Assembly: GCA_947589265.1 (NCBI GenBank)
Contig: CANQAI010000001.1
Span: 14,484 to 78,483, forward strand
Direction of reading: 5' to 3'
Length of the DNA stretch: 64,000 nucleotides
Source: an uncultured Clostridia bacterium
Lineage (GTDB): Bacteria; Bacillota; Clostridia; TANB77; CAG-508
Program-made: the position numbers and the translations under genes
The notes under the pieces: model-generated
Seen by the model: the letters and a program-made list of their open reading frames with translations, nothing else
What the model was told of the DNA's origin: nothing
Databases searched by the model: none
Part shown: one piece after another, positions 20,133-28,900 of the stretch
How positions within the stretch are numbered: position 1 is the first letter of the stretch
Layout of the letters: each line of letters starts with the position of its first letter

Positions 20133-20197
20133 TACACACATAAGACTTAATAAATAGTAATGCAAAAATTATATACAAATAAATATAAAAGAAAGAA

Positions 20198-21552
20198 TTA
20201 ATAATAAATTTCAAATTGTTGCACAAAAAATTCATCATTTTTAGTAGTATATAAATTTAAGTTATTATTTTTCTTTAAAATTTGCCTTACTTCCCATAAA
20301 CCAAGTCCACTATTTGTTCTTTTAGATTTAGTGGAAAAATCTTTCTCAAAAATTTTATCTATATTTATATCCTTATTTTTATAAGTATTTTCAATTACCA
20401 TAACTATTCTTTTTCGATTTTCCTCTTTCCTAAAACTAACATGAACAATTTTTTCTTCACATTCCTCAGCAGCCTCAATAGCATTATCCATTAATATACC
20501 AAGAATTCTTGTAAATTCATAAATCTTCATATATTTTTCAATTTCATTTAAATCAATAAAAATGCCTAAATTAATTTGAACACCGATTTCATCTGCTTTA
20601 TGATGCTTAGTAGCCATAATATTATAAATGGCTGGATTATTAACAACATTTGGATTAAGTGCTGTTAAATTATTTACACGATTACAATCTTTTAAAAGCT
20701 GTGAATAATACTTTTTAAGTCCTTCTATATTATTAGTTTCTATATAACCTCCAATACCTTGAACTATATTATTAAAATCATGTTTAAAACCTCTCATACT
20801 ATCATGTAATAAAATTAATGTTTTATTATATAATTGTGCTTCTTCTAGACTTCGAGAAGTTGTTTCTAATTTGGAAGTATTAAATAAACTATAAAGACTT
20901 ATGAAAAAGTATGCAAGTAGACTAACAATGCTAATAATAGTAATGGCAATTGGCATTTTATCACTGTAAAATGAAATTAATGAAAGCTGTGTACTAATTG
21001 CAATTATTCCTAATATAGTGTTTACAATAAATAGGATCTTGTGTTTCTTAGTTAAATTCTCTAAATTAATGTGCAACTTAAAATAACGAATAATTCGATA
21101 AATTAAGTATATACATAAATAAATGCTAAGTGTAAACAATATCCTATATAGAGGAATTGTCATTACAAATTCATAAGGAATATGTAAAACAGATAAGTAA
21201 AATTGGAGCATAATTAATTCTAAAACACTAATTGCAATAATTGGAAGGAATAAGGCTATAAGTGATTTGAGAATATTAGCTTTCAAAATAAATTTTATAA
21301 GCAAAAATGTAGCAATCATATTAAGAAATGTAGCATATGGATTTGGTATAAAAATTCTAGAAACGAAAGCTATAATACCCATAACAGTTACGTAAATTAT
21401 TTTTACTTTTTTAGAACACTTAATATTCAAAATAGTGGTAAATAATAACATATCTACCCAAGTTTCAACAAAACAAGATATAAAACCAATCACATTTAAA
21501 GCTACCTCATTTGGTGTTGTTAGTGCCGTCCAAATTGTTTGAAAAATTTCCA
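20198..21552 (-). CDS. AgrC-like sensor histidine kinase (HPK10 subfamily, polytopic N-terminal sensor). The ORF track extends it to 21616.
   Basis: Six or seven N-terminal transmembrane helices, H-box region LHDSMRGFKHDFNN, GHKL ATPase with ENTYKN...SGLGLW. An internal ATG at 21552 has GGAGG 9 nt upstream. The gene overlaps the 3' end of the LytTR regulator gene. Confidence 0.75.
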
Positions 21553-22253
21553 TAATTAAAAACCTCCATAAATTTATTTTTATACTTAGGACCAATAAAA
21601 CATTTAGAACTTTCATTATTATTTAGAAAAATAGTACTAGTAGAAGTATTAACATCTGTAATCTTCTCAGTATTAACAATATAAGACTTATGACACTGAA
21701 CAAACTGCTCAGGAAGTTGTGGCAAAATCTTCTTGAAAGAACTATAAGTCTCATAATCTCTTGTATCTGTATGAAAAACTACTTTCATGCCTTCTTTTTG
21801 AATATATTGAATACTATCTTGTTTAATAATAGTTTTATTATTATCCAATCTAACAAACCTAGCCTCATCGCCAGATGTATCTTCAAATAATCTAATTAAA
21901 GTTTCTTCCAACCTTTCTGCCGTAATAGGCTTAGGCAAATAATCAAAAGTTTTATATTTATATGCCATCAAACCATATTCCAAATGACCGGTGGTAAAAA
22001 TAATATATACATTTTTATCTTTTTTACGAATCATATCAGCCAAATCAAGTCCAGAAATATTAGACTTTAACTCAATATCTAAAAATACAACATTAACGTT
22101 ATGATTTTTAATAAAAGTAGCCAATTCATCTGGCTTAGTTGTGCTAAGAACAATTTGAGCATCATACTTTTTTCTTATAAAAATAGACTCTAGCATTCTT
22201 TCTAATCTATTAAGAACATTAACATTATCATCACACAATACAAAATCTAACAT
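21507..22253 (-). CDS. LytTR-family response regulator (AgrA-like)
   Basis: Receiver domain (VLCDDN...FLDIEL with D and K residues) plus a C-terminal LytTR DNA-binding domain (FVRLDNNKTIIKQDSIQYI...CHKSYIVN). Confidence 0.8.
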   Translation of the reverse strand: MLDFVLCDDNVNVLNRLERMLESIFIRKKYDAQIVLSTTKPDELATFIKNHNVNVVFLDIELKSNISGLDLADMIRKKDKNVYIIFTTGHLEYGLMAYKYKTFDYLPKPITAERLEETLIRLFEDTSGDEARFVRLDNNKTIIKQDSIQYIQKEGMKVVFHTDTRDYETYSSFKKILPQLPEQFVQCHKSYIVNTEKITDVNTSTSTIFLNNNESSKCFIGPKYKNKFMEVFNYGNFSNNLDGTNNTK

Positions 22254-22514
22254 AACTTATCCTCCGTAACTTGAAAAAAGAAGTCGACAAAAAATTACAA
22301 TATAACCAAAATTTTCCAATTATTTATTATAATATAATTAAGAATTTATATTGTCAAGATATTATTAATAATATTTTTTTCATACCTAATAGAACGTGAT
22401 TTTAAAGGAAAGGAAGATATTATAACAAAAAGAAAAATTATCCAAAAAACAAAAAACTAAAGCAAAATTTAAAAAAAATATTCTAAAAAATTTGACAAAA
22501 GTAGACAAAAGATA

Positions 22515-22543
22515 TTTACAAGTTTTTACTTAAAGTATATAAT
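22515..22543 (+). promoter_or_regulatory. Candidate sigma-A promoter for the surface peptidase gene (TTTACA-17-TATAAT)
   Basis: TTTACA at 22515-22520, 17-nt spacer, TATAAT at 22538-22543, about 50 nt upstream of the ATG at 22596. Confidence 0.45.
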
Positions 22544-22595
22544 TATATTATAGTAGATTTTAAACTTATAAAAGCAAATCAAAGGAGATTAACTA

Positions 22596-25500
22596 ATGAA
22601 AAATTTAAAGAAAATATTTTTTACAATCTTATTAATTTTTATTCTATTTTTATTAGTAGATAAAAGTGTATTTGCAAGCACAAACCAATTTCAAAATAGC
22701 GAATACTCAGAAAAATTTAAAGAATGGTTAGAACTATCAGATGAAGAAAAACAAAATGTTTTGCAACCTAGAATGTACGATGTTTTACCAACAACTACTA
22801 ATTCCAAAAATATATTTTATAAAATAAGGCTATTAGGAGCAACCATTAATTCAACATATGATTTAAGAAATATAATACCAGCCAACTTAAAAATAAGAAA
22901 TCAAATGAATACAGAAGCTTGTTGGGCTTTTGCTGCACTATCTTCATTAGAAACTAATCTCGCATTATATGATTATAAACAAAATGGAAATGTTTCAAAT
23001 CCAAAAATATATGACTTTTCTGAAAGACATATGGACTATGCTACAAGCCAAACATTTAAGAATAACGCAAAAAATGAATTTGGATATAATAGGCAAGTTG
23101 CAGATGGAGGAAATTACCTAATTGCACAATCATATTTAACAAATGGAACTGGTGCAATAAATGAATCAGATATGAAATTCGAAAATAATATGTCACCAAT
23201 AGACTTAAGTGAAATACAAGGAAAAACTATTACAAGCCAAGTATATGATACAATAGAATTTCCAGATTATAATGCAAATGCAAATTCAGCTCAAAAATCA
23301 GAAATAATGAGACAAATTAAACAGCATATAAAAGATTATGGCTCAGCATCTGCCTCAACACATTCTGACATTTCAGGCTCATGTTACAATAATACTACTG
23401 GAGCTATTTATTGCAATAATTCTGAAACTCATAAACCAAACCATAATGTTTCCATTGTAGGATGGGATGATAATTATAGCAAAACTAATTTTTCAGTAGG
23501 GGCTCAGCCTAAGTCAAACGGTGCATGGATTATTAGAAATTCAGGTGGAGAAAGATTAGAATATGATTTAGCAAGAGTAAAGCAAGAAATATTTAATATT
23601 TTAAAAGAAGGAGGAAGAGCAGAAGAATACACTAGCCCAGACCAAATTCCAAATGATTTTTTAGAATACCTAGGATATACCATTGAAGGCCAAAAAGCGT
23701 ACTTAAAACTTGGAGACAATGGCTTTATGTATGTTTCATATGAAGACTGCAATGTAGCATCACAACTTTGGGGAATAATCAAAGCAACAAACAGCGTAAA
23801 TTATGAAAATATATATCAATACGATGAATTTGCCCCAGGGAGATCAACATATATACTTAACTCTAAAGCAATGCTAGCTAATATTTTTGAAAAGGAAACT
23901 AGTGGAGATGAATATTTAACACAAGTGTCGCTATATGCACCAGAAACATATACCTGCAAAGTATATGTAAATCCTAATGGAGAAGAACGTGATGCAGAAC
24001 ACTTAACTCAAGTTAATTTAAAAGCAGGAAAAACAGAAACCTTCGGTGTGGGTTATCATACTTTAGAATTTGCTCAGCCAATTAAAATAACTGGAACTAA
24101 GTTTACAGTAGTTATAGGAATACAAGGAACAAGGGAAAAAGTGGCTATAGCATTAGAATGTAAACCTAGTGATTCTAAAGTTTTGCAGAATGTAACAATA
24201 CAAGAAGGAAAATGTTTTATTGCAGGGGGAGATAGTCTAACAAATGCTACTTGGGACGACCTTAGTAAGTTATCTCAAAAAGATGGTGAATTACCAAACG
24301 GTGATAGCACAATAAAAGCATTTACAACATCAAAATCAGATATTAAAGCATTACAAAGCATACAAGTAGTTACACCACCAACTAAAACACAATATTTAAT
24401 CGGAGAAGATTTTGAAAAAGCTGGTATGAAAGTACAAGCAAATTATAGTGATGGAACACATACTATGTTACATGATACAGACTACAGCATCACAAATGGA
24501 ACAAACTTAGTAGCAGGACAAACAAGTGTAACAATAACTTATGAGGGACAAACTACCACACAAAAAATAACAGTAGGAAACAATAATGTAACTGCATTAA
24601 CAATAGAAACTCCTCCTACAAAAACAGAATACATAGAAGGAGAAAACTTTAATCCAGCAGGTATGGTAGTAAAAGCAACATACAAAGATGGAACTACAAA
24701 AGAAGTACCACAAACAGATTATACAATAGAAGATGGTAACAATTTAGATGCAAGACAAACTACAGTAACAATTTCATATGAAGGCCAATTAGTAACACAG
24801 GCCATAACAGTAACACAAAATCTTTTATTAGGAATAAGCATAACTAAAGCACCAAACAAAACAGAATATATAGTTGGACAAAACTTTAATCCAGAAGGAA
24901 TGATTGTTACAGGAACATATCAAAACGGAACAACTCAAACTATACTAGACTACACAGTAGAAAATGGAACTAACTTAACTAAAGAACAAACTTCAGTAAC
25001 AATAAAATATAAAGATAAAACAGCAACTCAAGCTATAACAGTTGTAGAAAAAACAATTACAGCAATTTCAATAAATACAGAACCAACAAAATTAACATAT
25101 ATTAAAGAAAAAGAAAACTTAGACTTGACAGGTGGAACATTAAAAATCACATACAATGATGGAACATTTGAAACTATTCCAATGACAGCAGAAGGAGTAA
25201 CAGTAACAGGATTTAGCAATGAAAAAGTAGGAAAAGTTACAATTACAGTTACATATCAAAACAAAACAGTTCAATTTGAGGTTCAAATAGTAGAAGAAAA
25301 AGCTGAAAACTCAAATTTAAGTAATGCTACAAGTAATGTAAAAAAAGTAAAAGCTTATTTTTACACAAATGGAACCAAAAAAGATTATGTATTAATAGAT
25401 GTAGAAGTAAATAACATTTCATTAAATAAAAATAATGACAAAGTTGAATACTATTATTACTTATCATCAAATGCAAACGAAGAACAAATAACAAATTGGG

Positions 25501-25886
25501 TAAAAATTACAGAAGCACAAAATGATAATAATAAACTACAATTTACAATAGACTCAAGGAAAATTTCAAATTATAGTGAAATATCAGATGAAGGTGTTGT
25601 ATATTTATATGTAAAAGAAGTAGCAATAAAAGGTGGAGACCAAAGTGTAGAGGTTTCTAAATCAATGAAACTAGAAACAGATAAAGAAGTAGAAACTTAT
25701 GTAAATGATGTAAAAAAAGATACCTCACAAACAAATAAACCAGGAACCAATGACAAAGATGACACTACTGCACCTGGAAAAATTCCAGATACAGGAATTG
25801 CACCAGTTATTATAATTTGTATAGCAGGTTTAGCAGTATTTGGTGTGGTTACATATATTAAATACAATAAATTCAAAGAATCTTAA
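22596..25886 (+). CDS. Secreted or cell-surface C1-family papain-like cysteine peptidase with four Big_3-type Ig-like repeats and a C-terminal sorting-like signal
   Basis: Signal peptide. C1 catalytic triad contexts NTEACWAFAA (Cys), HNVSIVGWDDNY (His) and NGAWIIRNSGG (Asn). Four repeats of about 75 aa (PPTKTEYI.G..F...GM.V.A.Y.DGT...). C-terminal IPDTG followed by a hydrophobic helix and a KYNKFKES tail. Confidence 0.8.
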   Translation: MKNLKKIFFTILLIFILFLLVDKSVFASTNQFQNSEYSEKFKEWLELSDEEKQNVLQPRMYDVLPTTTNSKNIFYKIRLLGATINSTYDLRNIIPANLKIRNQMNTEACWAFAALSSLETNLALYDYKQNGNVSNPKIYDFSERHMDYATSQTFKNNAKNEFGYNRQVADGGNYLIAQSYLTNGTGAINESDMKFENNMSPIDLSEIQGKTITSQVYDTIEFPDYNANANSAQKSEIMRQIKQHIKDYGSASASTHSDISGSCYNNTTGAIYCNNSETHKPNHNVSIVGWDDNYSKTNFSVGAQPKSNGAWIIRNSGGERLEYDLARVKQEIFNILKEGGRAEEYTSPDQIPNDFLEYLGYTIEGQKAYLKLGDNGFMYVSYEDCNVASQLWGIIKATNSVNYENIYQYDEFAPGRSTYILNSKAMLANIFEKETSGDEYLTQVSLYAPETYTCKVYVNPNGEERDAEHLTQVNLKAGKTETFGVGYHTLEFAQPIKITGTKFTVVIGIQGTREKVAIALECKPSDSKVLQNVTIQEGKCFIAGGDSLTNATWDDLSKLSQKDGELPNGDSTIKAFTTSKSDIKALQSIQVVTPPTKTQYLIGEDFEKAGMKVQANYSDGTHTMLHDTDYSITNGTNLVAGQTSVTITYEGQTTTQKITVGNNNVTALTIETPPTKTEYIEGENFNPAGMVVKATYKDGTTKEVPQTDYTIEDGNNLDARQTTVTISYEGQLVTQAITVTQNLLLGISITKAPNKTEYIVGQNFNPEGMIVTGTYQNGTTQTILDYTVENGTNLTKEQTSVTIKYKDKTATQAITVVEKTITAISINTEPTKLTYIKEKENLDLTGGTLKITYNDGTFETIPMTAEGVTVTGFSNEKVGKVTITVTYQNKTVQFEVQIVEEKAENSNLSNATSNVKKVKAYFYTNGTKKDYVLIDVEVNNISLNKNNDKVEYYYYLSSNANEEQITNWVKITEAQNDNNKLQFTIDSRKISNYSEISDEGVVYLYVKEVAIKGGDQSVEVSKSMKLETDKEVETYVNDVKKDTSQTNKPGTNDKDDTTAPGKIPDTGIAPVIIICIAGLAVFGVVTYIKYNKFKES
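24340..25300 (+). repeat. Four tandem coding repeats of about 225 nt (Ig-like Big_3 domains) within the peptidase gene
   Basis: Protein-level repeats share the ETPPTKTEYIEGENFNPAGMVVKATYKDGTT...VTISYEGQ consensus. Identity is imperfect, so these are diverged repeats. Confidence 0.6.
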
Positions 25887-25985
25887 GAGAATAATTTTAA
25901 AATCAAATAAAAACAGAGAATATGTTGTTGGCTATATGCCAAACTATTCTCTTTTTTATAAATTAAAATAGAAAGGGAGCATTTT

Positions 25986-28900
25986 ATGAAGAAAAAAATT
26001 GCAAAACTTATAGGCTTACTTATTTTTATTTCAATAGTTATAGTAACTGCATGTAATATTTATAACTGGATTGTAACCGGAAAGCAACGAATAAAAATAA
26101 ATACAGCAAGTAAAGCTTATGCAAATAGTGATTTATATGTATCTATTATTGCACAAAAAAATGGAGTAGATTTAGAAACAAAAACTAAGCTAAAATTACT
26201 AAACTCTGAAGGAAAAAAAGTAAAAAATGTAGCTATTAAATATGATGGAAATAATAACATTATAAGCATCCCAGATGTTGAAGCAGGTAACTATTATATA
26301 GAAGCAAAGGTATCTAGTAAGGCAGGAAAAGACACTATACAAGAAAAGATTTATATATCTAATGAAAATATGGAAAATGTAACAATTACTTTAGATAAGG
26401 GAATATATAAGCCCGGAGATAAAGTTAATTATAGAGCATTATTAACAGCTAAAGAAAATGATGAACCTATTAGCAAAGATGTAAATGTTAGTATTTATGA
26501 TGGGAATGATAATAGAGTTTATAATGAAAACTTAAAATCTTCTGATTATGGTATAATAAGTGGAAATTTTACTTTGGCAAACGAAGTTAACAGTGGACTA
26601 TATAAATTAGTAGTAAAAACCCAAAATAGTCAAACTGAAAAACAATTTAAAGTAAATCCATATATTACGCCTAAATATGAAGTAAAAGTAAACTATGATA
26701 AAGAAAATTACTTAGTGGGAGAAACAGCAAAAATAACATTTAATGCAAAATACTTTTTTGGAGAAGCAGTTCAAAATGCTAATCTAACAGTTTATATTAA
26801 TAATGAAAAGTATAAAACATTACAAACAGATTCACAAGGAACAGCAGAAATTAGCTATCAAATAAAAGATGCTAAAAAATATGATATAAAAGTAGAAGCA
26901 GTAGACTCTTCAAATTATTTTGTTGAAACAACAAGTAGTTTTATAGCTGGAACAGACATATTTGAAGTAGAATTATTACCTGAATATGGCATACTAGCTG
27001 CAGAGAAGAATAATAACGTATACATATTTACATCTAACACAGATGGCACACCATTAAAAACATATGTTACAGTATCTTCCAATAATTTTACTAAACAAGT
27101 AGCAACAGATGAAAATGGTATTGGTAAATTCTCAATAGATATAGATAAAATAAGTGCAAATAATTATTCTGGAAGTTATAATAATAGCAAAAAAACCACA
27201 AAAGAATTTTCTATTGTAGCAGAAGACACAAAAGGAAATACAGTACGAAAAACTTTAAGCTTAACAGTAGAACAAAAGAATTTATTGGTATCAACTAATA
27301 AAGCAAAATATGAACAAGGCGAAGATATAGAAATTAACATATCTTCAATAAATGAAGCTACAAGAAATATTTATGTATTTAAAAACGACAAATTAATAAA
27401 AATGTTAAGTACAGATTTAGACAATACAAAAATAAACTTAGAAGATACTTATGGTTTAATAGATATTTATGTAACAGAAAATATAGAAAAAGAGTACAAA
27501 TATTACAATACATATGATAGCAATAAATACAAAAAAACAATATTTATAAATCCAGCTAAGAAGTTAAACATAGATATAAGTACAGATAAAAAAGAATATA
27601 AACCTGGAGGAAAAATTAATATTTCATTTAATACAGCAGATGAAAATAAAACAGGAGTAGATTCTGCTTTACTTGTAAGTATACTAGATAATTCTGTATT
27701 AAATTTAGCTAATAATGATTTATCAATAGATAATATAAAATTAGCTTTGCAAGACATAAAATTTTCAAACGAATTAGATGCAGCAAGCTTATATTCTTGT
27801 ATAGTAAATAATAAATCAGAACAAGCCATAATGGCATTATTACTAAAACAAAGCGATAAAGATATTAAAGTATCAGAAGCTAGAATATACAATTATGACC
27901 AAGAACTAAAATCAGCAATAATATCAATTATTTCAATAACAATTATTGCAATAATAGTTATTACATTTTTATGTAGAAGATTTAAAAAGTTTAGGAATAT
28001 ATTAAAACATATAATTAACTTTATAGTATATGACCTTATATTAGTTGTAATATCTATATGCATTATAGAAAAATTCTTCTGGGGAGCTAACTACTCATGG
28101 GGAATGTTTGCAATAATAACAATATTAGGATTAACAACATATATATTGCTTTTAGCTAAGTTAAATAAAAAAATATTTAGAACATCAATTTCAATAATCA
28201 TAACTTGTATGATTTTTATGTTGTTAGCTATTTTAATTAGTGAATTTGAAGTATCACCAATAGTTCTTGGCTTAATATTTGCTGTGTTATTTCTAATTAT
28301 AGTTATAATAGCAAAAATTAGCCAAGTAAAGAAATTAAAAATAGATAAATATATGCAGATTATAATTAAAGAAATATTATATATATTAAAATTTATAGGA
28401 GCATTAGTAATTTCTTTAGTTATAGGAGGAGTTATACAAGCAATAATACAAATACCTGAAGCAATAATACCAGTAACTTTAATTTGTTTATACTTATTTA
28501 ATTATTTGTTTAATAAATCAAATAAAGAGGAAAAAGAAAAAATATATTCAAAAACTATATCAATAGGACTTTCTACTTTAATAGTCTTAGCAGTAATAGG
28601 AATTATAGCAGTAGTATATGGATTAATGTATTTTGTTTCTAAGCAAGCTGGTGGCACATTAGATAATGCTGCTGTGGACTCTGACATTGTAGAAAGTGGA
28701 GGATTCGGATTAGGAAGTGTAGAGCCAGCCCCTGATAGCACATCTATATCTTCTAGCAATAATTTCTTTGATGGAGTACTTTCTGCAAATAAAGGAGAAA
28801 GCAATTCTCAGCAACAAGCAAACACTACAAACAAAGAAGAACCTCAAATTGTAAAAGATGATAATATAAGAAATGTATTTTTAGAGAGCATGTGCTTTAT

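Noticed and set aside
21507-21616. 110-nt overlap between the kinase and regulator ORFs as given in the track
   Set aside because: The kinase more plausibly starts at the internal ATG at 21552, which has GGAGG 9 nt upstream. This reduces the overlap to 46 nt, so the long overlap is likely an ORF-caller artefact.
21690-21890. 66-aa + strand ORF overlapping the LytTR regulator gene
   Set aside because: It lies entirely within the regulator coding region on the opposite strand. It has no RBS and a low-complexity product.
24340-25300. Tandem DNA repeats that could be mistaken for a CRISPR or other repeat array
   Set aside because: The repeats are about 225 nt long, diverged, in-frame, and encode Ig-like Big_3 domains of the surface peptidase. 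They are not short, identical, spacer-interleaved repeats.
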